A stretch of DNA of 64,000 bases from a bacterium (GTDB lineage Bacteria > SAR324 > NAC60-12), in NCBI GenBank assembly GCA_965209155.1, contig OZ242383.1, positions 3,392,001 through 3,456,000 of the forward strand, in the 5' to 3' direction. A program made the position numbers and the translations under genes. Below the pieces are notes generated by a model, which had not been told where the DNA came from, made no database searches, and worked only from the letters and a program-made list of their open reading frames with translations. This document shows, piece by piece, positions 1 to 10,604 of this stretch (its first letter is position 1; every line of letters begins with the position of its first letter).

Positions 1-129
1 TATAACATTTATCAATTCGATTGGTGTCATGAAGGGGGGTCCCTTTCTCAGTGGATAAATGAGTTGAGGGTACGGGTGATTCAGAGGGCCAGGGGACTCT
101 CCGCACCCGGGATACGGCGCGCCGCCCGT

Positions 130-942
130 TTAAAAATTAATACGATTGCGAATCTTATTGTTGCGGATGGCAACAGCTTTATCCGCTTTCCTCATGACAC
201 CCGAGGGAGGAACCACCTTCTCAAAATGATCAAAAGTGTCTTCACCCGCCACCAAATGCACCACGCGCTTTTCGCCTGAAATCAATTTCATTTCAGGAGA
301 AATGTAGCGAATTGCCAAACCAATACGTCGATCCGCAGACTGGTTTGCCGGGGAGGCATGAAACATTCTGCCATGGTGCAGGGACATTTCTCCCGACTGC
401 AAAACAATGTCGACGATCTCCTCCTCCCGGACTTCTTGGATGAGCACCTGCCCCCGTGAAAGCATATTGTTGTCCTCGAAGGTATCATGATGTTCGCCAA
501 TCTGCTTCCGGTGACTGCCTGGAACGAATTGCATGCACCCGCTTTGCGCAGTTGCGGGGGTTAATGCCACCCAAGCAGTGACTTCTGACAGATCATCCAA
601 CCCCCAGTAGGTCAGATCCTGGTGCCAGCTCACAAAGTGGGGCGTGTGGGCCTCCTTGATGAAAAAAATCGTTTCAAAAACCAGGAGATTGGGCCCCAGG
701 ATCGCTTGCACCGGTTCCAAGATGGTGGGCAGTCTGGTGATTTCGTCAACAAAAGGCAAAACTAAATCAGGAGATTTGTACAGCAACTGTTTTTCCTGGT
801 CATCGTACTTTCCATTGATTTCTTCCGCTTCCAGCATCTTGCGATAAGCGAATGCCTCATCAATCGTCATCACTTTGATCGGGAAGTAGTACCCATCACG
901 GGTGTAGTTCGTGAAGATGTCCTCGGCATTACTCATCTGCAA
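130..942 (-). CDS. PhyH-family Fe(II)/2-oxoglutarate dioxygenase
   Basis: SWHQD (HxD) motif, VTAWVAL, GCMQFVPGSH, distal HAS His and RRIGLAIRY Arg; exact start uncertain. Confidence 0.9.
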   Translation of the reverse strand: MQMSNAEDIFTNYTRDGYYFPIKVMTIDEAFAYRKMLEAEEINGKYDDQEKQLLYKSPDLVLPFVDEITRLPTILEPVQAILGPNLLVFETIFFIKEAHTPHFVSWHQDLTYWGLDDLSEVTAWVALTPATAQSGCMQFVPGSHRKQIGEHHDTFEDNNMLSRGQVLIQEVREEEIVDIVLQSGEMSLHHGRMFHASPANQSADRRIGLAIRYISPEMKLISGEKRVVHLVAGEDTFDHFEKVVPPSGVMRKADKAVAIRNNKIRNRINF

Positions 943-986
943 TTTTGATCCTCGATAAAGTTTGGATTAATTGTCATCCCTGAAAA

Positions 987-1535
987 TCAATGCGCTGGTT
1001 TATACGGAAATGACGAGTGATGTACATTGATACGCAACTTCCCATTCGCATCCTTAAAATAGCCGAATGTGAACTCCACTTTGGCCTCTTTTCCGGTATT
1101 CGCGTCTGTAAAATAGTAATTTCCCATGGCGATTGCTGAGCCGCCATTAATGATAATTTCAGCGTTTTCGAATCGAACTTTACGCCACGGTTGGATAGCA
1201 AAACCGCGATCTTCTGGTACTTTGCCAGTCACAAAATAAGATATGGCCTCTTCTTTGGTCAATCGAAATTGCTTTTCCGAAGCCTTCGTGGGTTTAAACA
1301 GAACCCTACCTTCGTCGTAACCATAGAGTGTCTCAACGATTTTTTCAGCCAGTGCTTTATAGTCCTCTTTTCGCGTATAAGCCTTACCAATAGCGACAAT
1401 TGCCTCGCCCCAATTTTTTTGGGCCTCCAAGACATCTCTCTCGACAATACTATTATTTTTGGCAACACCCTTTGCACATCCCGTCGCTAAAACCGTACTG
1501 AGCGACATTGCCAATTTTACTGATTGAATCTTCAT
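987..1535 (-). CDS. COG4337-type (iota-class carbonic anhydrase-like, NTF2/SnoaL fold) probable lipoprotein
   Basis: AQKNWG, VLFKPT, GFAIQPW, AMGNYYF and C-terminal HHSS motif; signal peptide ending LATGC. Confidence 0.75.
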   Translation of the reverse strand: MKIQSVKLAMSLSTVLATGCAKGVAKNNSIVERDVLEAQKNWGEAIVAIGKAYTRKEDYKALAEKIVETLYGYDEGRVLFKPTKASEKQFRLTKEEAISYFVTGKVPEDRGFAIQPWRKVRFENAEIIINGGSAIAMGNYYFTDANTGKEAKVEFTFGYFKDANGKLRINVHHSSFPYKPAH

Positions 1536-2184
1536 TTTTTACCTTCCTCTCACAATCGTAATTGATGTAGAATCCTCCCTTCTCATATTTGACCAACTGC
1601 GTGAACGGCAAAAAAAGTACTCTTTGCTGAGGTAAACACATTTAGCTCACCAGCCATTGACCAGCTTGACACATGGACCGACCGCACCGGGTCTGACATA
1701 GTGCGCCACCGACCGGGCGCAGACGCAGCATCCATGGCATTTGACTCCATTCAGGAAGCCAGAACTCGCAAAAAAATTTGAAAATGGGCGTAAAGAGAAT
1801 AGTGACAAGAGACCCTTTAGAATCTTCCCGTTCGGAATGACCCATCTATGAATGGGATACTGACCATAGTGACATTTACAATATATACGTTCAAATTAAT
1901 AAGTTCAAGTTTTGCGTGTCCCAGTCGTTTAAGCTTTTAAGAGTTCTATAATTGCTGAGTCTCGACTGAAGATACGTGCGTTAGGCGATCGAGGTTTGGC
2001 AGTTGGAGGGAGGTCTGGGTTGGGTTAAAAAATTTCTTCCAGTTCCCTATGCGAAAGGGAGAATTTTTTAAATTCCTGAATGAATTTATTGAAAAACATG
2101 ATATATACAGCACTTATAATACATTTATCCTTATATAATTTTTCCAGGTGGTTTTTCACAAACGGATACTTTGACAGGTAAATT

Positions 2185-3429
2185 ATGAGCGTACTCTATT
2201 GCAGAAACTGCGAATTTGAATTTGAATTGTTAAACTCACTCAACGGTTGTTTGAACTGCTTAAGGAAAGGAAGAAAGCATCCCCTTGAGATGAAATACAA
2301 TTTAAAAAAAATCGGCAAAAAATTTTTTAAAAAATCAGCAAAAAATAAACCGCATACAATTTGGAGATGGTCGGAGTTATTGCCGGAAACTGATAATAAA
2401 ATTACTTTAGGTGAAGGAAATACGCCACTGATAGAAAGTAAAAGTCTTGCAAGCAAATTAGAAATTGATAAATTTTATTTTAAATATGAAGGGAGTAATC
2501 CGACGGGTTCTTTTAAAGACAGGTTGAATGCGATTGCCTTCAGTAAAGGAAAAGATTTCAAAAAAAAACTCGCAACTGTGGCATCATCGGGAAATCAGGG
2601 AGTTTCCTTAGCTGCGTATTCGTATGCGGCCAATATGAAATCACTCATTTTTTGTCCTCCTTATGTTGAAGAAAAAACTATAAAAGAGTTGTTGCTGAGA
2701 AATTCCACACCTGTGATCCTGAGTGAATATGGCGACCCGGCTTTAAAAGTCGTGGAAAAATTAGTCAATAAATACGATTACTATGTTTCTGCAAGAAATT
2801 TTCCCAGACCCTTTGCAAACCCTTACGGACTGGAAGGATACAAAACGATATCATTCGAAATTTATGAACAATTGGCAGACATACCTGATAAATTTTTTGT
2901 TCCGACAGGGGGAGGAGATTCCATATATGGGGTGTGGAAGGGATTTCGGGAAATCTATCAAGCAGGAATTGTCGGAAAGCAGCCTAAAATGTATGCCTGT
3001 CAGACGAAATTAGGTGGGGATTCACTAGTAAAATCTTACCAGTCCAAATCTAAAAATGCAGCAATCGTCGATTCAGGGAACAGCAAGGCAATATCAATCC
3101 GAGGAAAGCAATCTGGCGACCATGGGTTATGGGCTATCAACGAGTCAAAAGGCGGAGCATACGCTATCAGTGAGAGAGAAATCGACGACGCCCTGCAAAT
3201 AATTGGAAATCATGGATTGTGTGTCGACCCCACTTGCGCAGTATCTCTGGCAGGAGTATTACATTGCAAAAAGGAAAAAAAATTAAAAAAATCTGATATC
3301 ATCGTATGCTTATTGACGGCTTCAGGGTTGAGATGGAATCAAAGTATGTCCCATCTTGATCGATTAGAAAAAACCGTTACTCAATTTGATCCTATAAATG
3401 GGAAATTATACGATTTACTGAAAAACTGA
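2185..3429 (+). CDS. Threonine-synthase-like PLP-dependent enzyme (fold type II) with N-terminal CxxC..CxxC
   Basis: TLGEGNTPL, NPTGSFKDR (PLP lysine), ASSGN, VPTGGG. Confidence 0.85.
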   Translation: MSVLYCRNCEFEFELLNSLNGCLNCLRKGRKHPLEMKYNLKKIGKKFFKKSAKNKPHTIWRWSELLPETDNKITLGEGNTPLIESKSLASKLEIDKFYFKYEGSNPTGSFKDRLNAIAFSKGKDFKKKLATVASSGNQGVSLAAYSYAANMKSLIFCPPYVEEKTIKELLLRNSTPVILSEYGDPALKVVEKLVNKYDYYVSARNFPRPFANPYGLEGYKTISFEIYEQLADIPDKFFVPTGGGDSIYGVWKGFREIYQAGIVGKQPKMYACQTKLGGDSLVKSYQSKSKNAAIVDSGNSKAISIRGKQSGDHGLWAINESKGGAYAISEREIDDALQIIGNHGLCVDPTCAVSLAGVLHCKKEKKLKKSDIIVCLLTASGLRWNQSMSHLDRLEKTVTQFDPINGKLYDLLKN

Positions 3430-3445
3430 AATTCACAGGTTTAAT

Positions 3446-4474
3446 ATGGTTTTTAAAATTTCAAATATATCAGTTGAAAATGGAAAAAGGGTCAACGACA
3501 GACTGACGTTCGCAAAAAAACCCGATGGAGAAGCTCTTACCATTCCTTTATCAATCATTAACGGAATGCAATCAGGTCCTGTTTTATGTTTAAATACGGG
3601 CACACATGGAGATGAACCTGAAGGTACTATAGCAATTCTTGAAATATTGGAAGAAACAGATCCCTCGAATCTGTCCGGGGTATTGGTTGGCATACCTGCG
3701 TTGAATGTGTCTGCATTCACTTCAAAAGTATCCGTTGATGTTTCGGGAATCAGAGAAAATCCTTTAGATTGGAAAAATTTAGCTAGAATTTTCCCCGGGA
3801 ATCCTCAAGGAACAGTCACGGAGAGACTGGCAGATTTTGTAGTAAAAGAAATTTTGCCAAAGGTCGATTTTGTCTTGGACTTCCACTCTGGTGGCTCAAG
3901 GGGCACTTCCCATTTTATTGCGGGATTCGTCGGCGTAGACAACGAACTGGGGATAAAATCGATGGAACTTGCTGAAATGTTTCCGATAAAGACACTTTGG
4001 CGTATTTCACCATGGGCAAAATTTGCATCAACTTGCATTGACAACAATATTCCTATCTCGGTAATTGAAACAACCGGACAGGGAAGAGCCGATAAAAGAG
4101 ACGTGGATGTTCTTAAAATTGGAATCAGAAACGTAATGAAAAAATTAAAGATGTTGCCGGGAACAATCAGTGAACTCCCCCAAGAGAGGGAATGCATTGA
4201 CTCAGAAACCTATCTATATGCAAAAGTTGGTGGAATTTTAAGACCACATGTCATTACGGGAGATAAAGTAAAGAAAGGGGATATCATTGGAAGTGTCATT
4301 GATATTCATGGAGAAATTAATGAAAAAGTCATTTCACCACATGACGGTATTGTCACTGGAGTGAGAACCAAACCAGTGGCGTGGGCTGGTGAACCTTTAT
4401 TTTTAGTAGGGAAAATTATGAGTATCAATGATGCGTTCAAGCAGAGAGACGACAACTATATCACACCTCCCTGA
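3446..4474 (+). CDS. Succinylglutamate desuccinylase/aspartoacylase (AstE/AspA, M14-like) deacylase
   Basis: HGDE, NLARIFPG, LDFHSG motifs; C-terminal barrel-sandwich segment (GDKVKKGD). Confidence 0.88.
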   Translation: MVFKISNISVENGKRVNDRLTFAKKPDGEALTIPLSIINGMQSGPVLCLNTGTHGDEPEGTIAILEILEETDPSNLSGVLVGIPALNVSAFTSKVSVDVSGIRENPLDWKNLARIFPGNPQGTVTERLADFVVKEILPKVDFVLDFHSGGSRGTSHFIAGFVGVDNELGIKSMELAEMFPIKTLWRISPWAKFASTCIDNNIPISVIETTGQGRADKRDVDVLKIGIRNVMKKLKMLPGTISELPQERECIDSETYLYAKVGGILRPHVITGDKVKKGDIIGSVIDIHGEINEKVISPHDGIVTGVRTKPVAWAGEPLFLVGKIMSINDAFKQRDDNYITPP

Positions 4475-4600
4475 TAGAAGTTTGCTGGTCTGAATTTAAT
4501 TTTTTAACTCAATTAAAGGAGGAAATAATGAAAGAGTAAAAAAGCAGAAGTCAATAATATGAGTGTTAATTTTTAAATTCAATCAAAAAGAGAGGATACG

Positions 4601-6106
4601 ATGAAAAAGATATATTCATTAATAACGTTTTTAATTTTAATAATTTTTTCTGTACACGCTCAATCCAAAGACACCTTAACAGTGGCTGGGCACGAAGCGA
4701 ATCTGACTTTAGATCCGATCGCAACGACCATGCGTACTGTGATAACTCATACACGTCCGTTGATGTTTGACTCATTGGTTAGTCGGGATGAAAATGGAAA
4801 TTTTACGCCTTCGCTTGCTACATCTTGGAGAACAATCGATGAATTAACCTGGGAGTTTTCATTGAGGGATGACGTGATGTTTCACAATGGCGAAAAGTTT
4901 GACGCGAAATCCGTGCAAACTACCTATGGAATATTGCTTGATCCCAAGAAAAGAAAATCTCAAGGATTTTTATGGGAAGGAATTGAAAAAATAGAAGTCA
5001 TTGACGACTATACAGTTAGATTTCATACCAAAAAACCCATGGGGACATTGCTTTCCAATTTATCAATTGGCGCTTTGGTTCCTCCTTCATATGACGCTGA
5101 TACATTTGGTACTAATCCGGTAGGAACGGGGCCTTATAAATTTGTTGAATGGGTGAGAGGCGATCATCTGACCGCTGAAGCGAATGAAGATTATTGGCGT
5201 GGCAAACCACATTTTAAGCAAGTAATCTGGTATCCCATGGCTGAAGAGTCCACTCGCGTTGCAACAGCCATGACAGGAGAAGTGGACATAATTTCTGTGA
5301 TCCCCACTCATATGGCCAATGTTTTGGAAGCAAACCCAAATGTCAACCTGATGTCGGTTACCAGTATCAACACTCCTCATCTTGCTTTGGGTGGTAAGGC
5401 GCGTAGTGGCCCAATTGGAGGGAATCCATTGGTACTGAAAGCAATTGCCCATGCAATTGACAGGGAAAGAATCGCCAAAGAAGCTTTCCGAGGCTTTGCA
5501 TGGCCGGCAAACTCCAGTCATTCGCCCGTAGTACTCGGTAATTGTCCAACAGATTTTGGTGAATACAATCCGGAGAAAGCAAAAGAACTTTTAGCAGAGG
5601 CCGGATATCCGGATGGCATTTCCGACTTAGATAGTTGGTATGTAAAAGGAGCCTATCCCAATATAGATGAAGTCGCAGTTCTCATCCATGATATGTTGAG
5701 GGAGATTGGTATCGATTTAAATATCAGAATTGCTCCGGATTGGGCTGTTGCGGGTCCATTATTAAATGGAGGTGATTTTAACGTTTGGTACGAAGCATGG
5801 AATAATTATGTCCTGGACGCGGATTTCTTTCTCAGTTTTAACTTCCATTCACTGGGACGTTATCGAGAAGGCTTCCAAAGATATCCGGTTTGGGAAGAAA
5901 TGGATCGATTGATAGAGGAAGCAAGATTCAATCATGATCAAGACAAAAGAAGAGAAATATACTGCAAAACTGAAGAATTAATCAGTCAATATCCTGCCAG
6001 GTTACCTTTGGTCCATTACCAGGAACTGTATGCAGTCAGTGCCGCAGTGAATGGTTTTAAGCCGAAAATCGATGGTTCTATTGATTATTTGGCCATTTCA
6101 AAATAG
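4601..6106 (+). CDS. ABC transporter substrate-binding protein, family 5 (peptide/nickel)
   Basis: Signal peptide, LRDDVMFHNGEKFDA, PVGTGPYKF, YNPEKAKELLAEAG; GAGGA RBS. Confidence 0.93.
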   Translation: MKKIYSLITFLILIIFSVHAQSKDTLTVAGHEANLTLDPIATTMRTVITHTRPLMFDSLVSRDENGNFTPSLATSWRTIDELTWEFSLRDDVMFHNGEKFDAKSVQTTYGILLDPKKRKSQGFLWEGIEKIEVIDDYTVRFHTKKPMGTLLSNLSIGALVPPSYDADTFGTNPVGTGPYKFVEWVRGDHLTAEANEDYWRGKPHFKQVIWYPMAEESTRVATAMTGEVDIISVIPTHMANVLEANPNVNLMSVTSINTPHLALGGKARSGPIGGNPLVLKAIAHAIDRERIAKEAFRGFAWPANSSHSPVVLGNCPTDFGEYNPEKAKELLAEAGYPDGISDLDSWYVKGAYPNIDEVAVLIHDMLREIGIDLNIRIAPDWAVAGPLLNGGDFNVWYEAWNNYVLDADFFLSFNFHSLGRYREGFQRYPVWEEMDRLIEEARFNHDQDKRREIYCKTEELISQYPARLPLVHYQELYAVSAAVNGFKPKIDGSIDYLAISK

Positions 6107-6114
6107 TCCATTTT

Positions 6115-6145
6115 GGAGGGAGCGGGGGTTCCCTCCTCCTTTTTT
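6115..6145 (+). terminator. Intra-operon hairpin/terminator after the binding-protein gene
   Basis: GGAGGGAGC-GGGG-GTTCCCTCC stem followed by TCCTTTTTT. Confidence 0.6.
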
Positions 6146-6156
6146 CAGAGTCAAAT

Positions 6157-7152
6157 ATGAATCGTTGCAAAGTGGCGCTGGTAGGTGCTGGAAAATGGGG
6201 ATCAGCTTACGCGGATATTCTGATTCAGTGCCATCATGCAGAATTAGTCGGGATATCGGACCTGAATCAAAATAATTCAAAACCTTTAGCCGAAAAGCAT
6301 AAGGTGAGGGCTTATTTGAATTACAAAGAAATGCTGGATAAAGAGAAACCAGAAGCAGTCTTTGTTTGCACGGCAGATTGGGAACATCTGGAGCCTTGCC
6401 TGGAAATTATTGAGAGGAATATCCATCTATTCGTAGAAAAACCATTAGCAATGAATGTTCGCGATGCAAAACAAATTGTGAACGCCGCCTATTCCAAAAA
6501 AATAATATTTACCGTGGGACATATTCTGCGATTTGATCCCAGGTACTATAAAATTTACGAACTGGTGAAAAGCGGGGAATTGGGAAGAATTCTACATATA
6601 TTTTGTAGAAGGAATGATCTTGTCAAAACACCTAAACATTATCGCGGAAAAACAGACCCGATATTTCAACTTGCAATCCATGATATCGACATCATTAAAT
6701 GGCTTGGAGGAAAAATTTCCAGAGTTTATTCAGAAGCTGTTAATGTCTTTCTGAAGGACCTCTCCACAATAGATGGTATTTCAGTTTTAATGAAATTAGA
6801 ATCTGGCGCAACGGCAATTATTGAAAGTCTATGGGTTCTACCTGAAAGTAGGGGAAAATCAACTGCATGTCTTGAAATTACAGGCACAAAAGGTGTTGCA
6901 TTTCTGGACGACTATGATCGTAAAATTTCAGTATACGATTCTCAAGGTGTCACCTACCCGGACAGCATGATGAAACCTCACATTTGGGGCAAACCAACAG
7001 GCGTGCTCAAAGAAGAATTGTCCTATTTTCTGGATTGTATCATCCATGACGAAACTCCCATCGTAAGCGGGGATGAGGCTTTAGAAACAATCAAAGTGGC
7101 CGTTGCAATCAAACGTTCATCTGAAAGCGGTGAGATAGTCAGTTTTAACTAA
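6157..7152 (+). CDS. Gfo/Idh/MocA family NAD(P)-dependent oxidoreductase
   Basis: VGAGKWG Rossmann motif, VEKPLA, GHILRF, IHDID. Confidence 0.92.
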   Translation: MNRCKVALVGAGKWGSAYADILIQCHHAELVGISDLNQNNSKPLAEKHKVRAYLNYKEMLDKEKPEAVFVCTADWEHLEPCLEIIERNIHLFVEKPLAMNVRDAKQIVNAAYSKKIIFTVGHILRFDPRYYKIYELVKSGELGRILHIFCRRNDLVKTPKHYRGKTDPIFQLAIHDIDIIKWLGGKISRVYSEAVNVFLKDLSTIDGISVLMKLESGATAIIESLWVLPESRGKSTACLEITGTKGVAFLDDYDRKISVYDSQGVTYPDSMMKPHIWGKPTGVLKEELSYFLDCIIHDETPIVSGDEALETIKVAVAIKRSSESGEIVSFN

Positions 7153-7272
7153 ACCCTGAGGCTGTCCAATCTTTTGGGAGCCAGATCACACCATTTTACA
7201 AGGGATTCTATTCAATCTTCGGAGGAAAGGTGGTCAGTCACACCATACCCTCACATCCAAATTTAAATCAAC

Positions 7273-8193
7273 ATGATTCAATATATATTTCGTCGTTTTA
7301 TTCAAGTCATTATAACAGTTTGGATTATCGCAACAATTACATTTCTGGCAATTCGACTTGCCCCTGGAGATCCTGCAACTGTAATGATTGGACAAACCGG
7401 TACCGTATATGAGTATGAATCCGTATCAAAACAATTGGGTCTCGACCGGCCCTTGTATGTTCAATACTTCGAATATATGAAAGGGATCATCATTGGTGAT
7501 TTGGGAGATTCAATGTACTTCAAAAAATCAATAATCTCCATGATATGGCAGCAGCTACCTCCCACAATTATTATAACAGTGATGGCAATTTTCATGACTG
7601 TCGTATTCGGAATTCCTTTGGGAATTGTTTCAGTGATCTACAAAAATTCAGTTTTGGATTTATTGATCAGGTTTACAACATATACCGGTCAGGCTTTTGC
7701 CGAATTTTGGTTGGGAATCATGCTGATTCTATTATTTTCAGTTAAATTACGCATTTTTCCCAGTTTTGGGAGCGGAACAATTTATCATACGATTTTGCCA
7801 TCTGCGGCACTGGCTATTCCATTGATATCCAGAATAGTGAGGTTTACCAGGTCAGGATTAATGGAAATATTGGAACAAGATTTTATCAGAACTGCAAGAA
7901 GCAAGGGGCTTCATGAATCAATTATCATTTACAAACATGCCTTTTCCAACACGTTGATTCCAATCGTAACGGATATAGGATTGCGATTTGGCTGGTTGTT
8001 GGGGGGGGCCGTGGTGGTTGAAGCCGTTTTTAAATGGCCGGGGTTAGGGAGTTTATTGGTACAAGCAGTCCATGCGAGAGATTACTATTTGATTCAAGGA
8101 GTCGTCTTTGTATTCGCAACGTTATTTTTATTTGTAAATTTACTGATCGACTTAATTTATACATATTTAGATCCACGAATTACCTATGATTGA
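7273..8193 (+). CDS. ABC transporter permease (DppB/OppB type)
   Basis: APGDPA, LGLDRPLYVQY, EAA loop RTARSKGL, VFKWPGLG. Confidence 0.93.
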   Translation: MIQYIFRRFIQVIITVWIIATITFLAIRLAPGDPATVMIGQTGTVYEYESVSKQLGLDRPLYVQYFEYMKGIIIGDLGDSMYFKKSIISMIWQQLPPTIIITVMAIFMTVVFGIPLGIVSVIYKNSVLDLLIRFTTYTGQAFAEFWLGIMLILLFSVKLRIFPSFGSGTIYHTILPSAALAIPLISRIVRFTRSGLMEILEQDFIRTARSKGLHESIIIYKHAFSNTLIPIVTDIGLRFGWLLGGAVVVEAVFKWPGLGSLLVQAVHARDYYLIQGVVFVFATLFLFVNLLIDLIYTYLDPRITYD

Positions 8194-8307
8194 AATAGTC
8201 AGCGCAAATACAATTCGATTAATTGGTACCAAAATATGGTTCAATAAATAAAGAATTGAAGTTCTTTTCTACCAATTACTTTAAAACCAAAAAAGTCTTT
8301 TAAGATC

Positions 8308-9159
8308 ATGATTAAGATTATTGCTACGATTATATCGATTCGATCACTATTTATCGGTGTCGTATTGAGTCTGCTCGTAATAATCGTAATCGTCTTTGGT
8401 CCTTTTATTTATGAGGTAGACCCCACAAAGTTGAATTCTGATAGCATTCTCGTGCCCCCCTTCACCTCGCTGAATCAAATTTTTGGAACCGACCATTTAG
8501 GAAGAGATATTTTTTCAAGATTGATCCATGGTGGCAAAATCACTTTGTTTATCGCATGGACCTCATCTTTAGGAGGCGCAATAGTTGGTACAATTTTTGG
8601 AATTATTTCAGGATTTTATGGGAAATTACTGGACAACGTCATCATGAGAATCATCGAGTCCATCATGACTTTCCCCTTTATAATAATCGCATTGTTGCTG
8701 GCAAGTTTATTTGTTCCGGGAGTGACGACATTAATTATCGTTTTCACAATTGTCGGCTCTCCAATTTTTGCCAAAGTGATCAGGGGAGTGGCCATTGCCA
8801 TTAAAAACGAAGAATACGTACTGGCAGCTAAATCATTAGGTGCCAATGATTTCCGCATTATGTTTTTTCATTTGTTACCCAATATCATTCCCCAAATTTT
8901 AATAATCACTACATTACAAATTTCACGAATTATATTTGCTGAAGCAGGGTTGAGTTTTATTGGTGTTGGTGTTCAACCGCCATATCCTTCATGGGGAAGT
9001 ATGCTGGCCGATGGTCGAACCTATATGGCGATTTCATGGTGGTTACCATTTTTACCTGGACTTGCCTTGGTGATTACGATTCTTGGAGCAAATTTCTTGG
9101 GAGATGGACTACAAGAATTGTTGGACCCCAAGAGAAAATCAAAAATCATCTTGAATTAA
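8308..9159 (+). CDS. ABC transporter permease (DppC/OppC type)
   Basis: FGTDHLGRDIFSR, EYVLAAKSLGA, PSWGSML, GDGLQELLDP. Confidence 0.92.
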   Translation: MIKIIATIISIRSLFIGVVLSLLVIIVIVFGPFIYEVDPTKLNSDSILVPPFTSLNQIFGTDHLGRDIFSRLIHGGKITLFIAWTSSLGGAIVGTIFGIISGFYGKLLDNVIMRIIESIMTFPFIIIALLLASLFVPGVTTLIIVFTIVGSPIFAKVIRGVAIAIKNEEYVLAAKSLGANDFRIMFFHLLPNIIPQILIITTLQISRIIFAEAGLSFIGVGVQPPYPSWGSMLADGRTYMAISWWLPFLPGLALVITILGANFLGDGLQELLDPKRKSKIILN

Positions 9160-9321
9160 TACAATGTACAAGACTTTTAAATTTAATCCCCCTCAAGAAT
9201 TTTTGATTCACCTGAGGTCTTCCTCCTTTCATTAAGAAAATACTCGTCGGTTTTCATACCAATTGTTATTGAAAAATTACCCAAAAAATCAAAGAATTAA
9301 ATTATTTACAATTATCCGAAA

Positions 9322-10503
9322 ATGTTGGCTTTAAAAGATTGTTTTATTATCGATATGCTCGCCGAGCAAAAACCAAAACCTGGTAGTTTATTAATTGATA
9401 ACGGAGAAATAGTACAAATTGGTAAAATAAATATTCCGGATGGCGCAAATGTAAAAGAAATTTCCTTGAAGAATAAGTATCTATTGCCCGGACTTATCGA
9501 TTCTCACACCCACCTCTGTATGACTTGTACTCAACACGAACTATTTCATGGAGTTGGCAACTTGGATGATATTTCAATCGCTTTTTACGCAGTTGAGAAC
9601 GCAAAAAATGCGATAAAAAACGGTATCACGTCCGTTCGAGACGTAGGAGGCCAGAATCACATAGAATTGAATTTAAAAAACCTGATCGATTCTGAAAAAG
9701 TTGTCGGACCACGTATTTACAGTGCAGGAAAAGTCATTACGACCACTGGTGGTCATTTATGGAAAATTGGAATCGAAGCTGATTCGGATAATGACGTAAT
9801 AAAAGCTGTAAAAGATCAGATCAAAGCGGGAGGTTGGTTGATAAAAATGATTATTACTGGTGGTGTCTTAACTAAAGGAAGTCAACCACATTTTTTGCAA
9901 TATAATGAAGCACTACTAAAATCAGCAATTCGAACTGCTCATGAACTGGAGAAAAAAGTAACAGGACACATTTCCAACGACATTGGTTTGAACGTTGCTG
10001 TAAAAGCGGGTATCGATTCCGTCGAACATGCAATCCCGGAAAAGTCAGAAATAATCGAGGAAATGATTAAAAAAGGAATAGTCAGTGTCCCCACTATGGT
10101 TACTTACTCCTCATGGTTTAATAGTAAAGATCGTTTAAATGCACCGCAGTATTTTATAGACAAAAAAAATAAACAGGACCCTTATCATAAATTGAATCTT
10201 TTGGAAAACGCGCACAAAGCCGGATTGAAACTGGTCTCCGGAACGGATGCTGGCGTTCCATTCGTACCATTTGGGAATTTAGCAGACGAAATAAAGATTT
10301 TTTCCGAATGTGGATTTTCCAATTACGAGGCGATTTCATCTGCGACATTTTTAGCTTCTGAACTGATAGGGGATCAAAAAATAGGAAAAATAAAAGAAGG
10401 TTGTTGGGCAGATTTAGTCGTTTTTAACGACAATCCCCTGGATAACATTGCTCACTTGAAGTTTCCAACAATGGTACTCAAGGCTGGAAAAATAATATCA
10501 TAA
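9322..10503 (+). CDS. Metal-dependent amidohydrolase (COG1228, Xaa-Pro dipeptidase-like)
   Basis: PGLIDSHTH, GITSVRDVG, IKMIITGG, SVEHA, SGTDAG. Confidence 0.9.
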   Translation: MLALKDCFIIDMLAEQKPKPGSLLIDNGEIVQIGKINIPDGANVKEISLKNKYLLPGLIDSHTHLCMTCTQHELFHGVGNLDDISIAFYAVENAKNAIKNGITSVRDVGGQNHIELNLKNLIDSEKVVGPRIYSAGKVITTTGGHLWKIGIEADSDNDVIKAVKDQIKAGGWLIKMIITGGVLTKGSQPHFLQYNEALLKSAIRTAHELEKKVTGHISNDIGLNVAVKAGIDSVEHAIPEKSEIIEEMIKKGIVSVPTMVTYSSWFNSKDRLNAPQYFIDKKNKQDPYHKLNLLENAHKAGLKLVSGTDAGVPFVPFGNLADEIKIFSECGFSNYEAISSATFLASELIGDQKIGKIKEGCWADLVVFNDNPLDNIAHLKFPTMVLKAGKIIS

Positions 10504-10604
10504 ATGTCTGTCCTTAAACCTTTTCTTCCCTTAAAAAATAAGAAGCGTCGGTATTCTTCCATGCAGGGATCATATGATTTAAACCGGAGCATCCAACGAA
10601 AAAA

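Noticed and set aside
8001..8008. G8 run in the DppB-type permease
   Set aside because: Encodes the conserved LLGGA motif in frame; no evidence of phase variation
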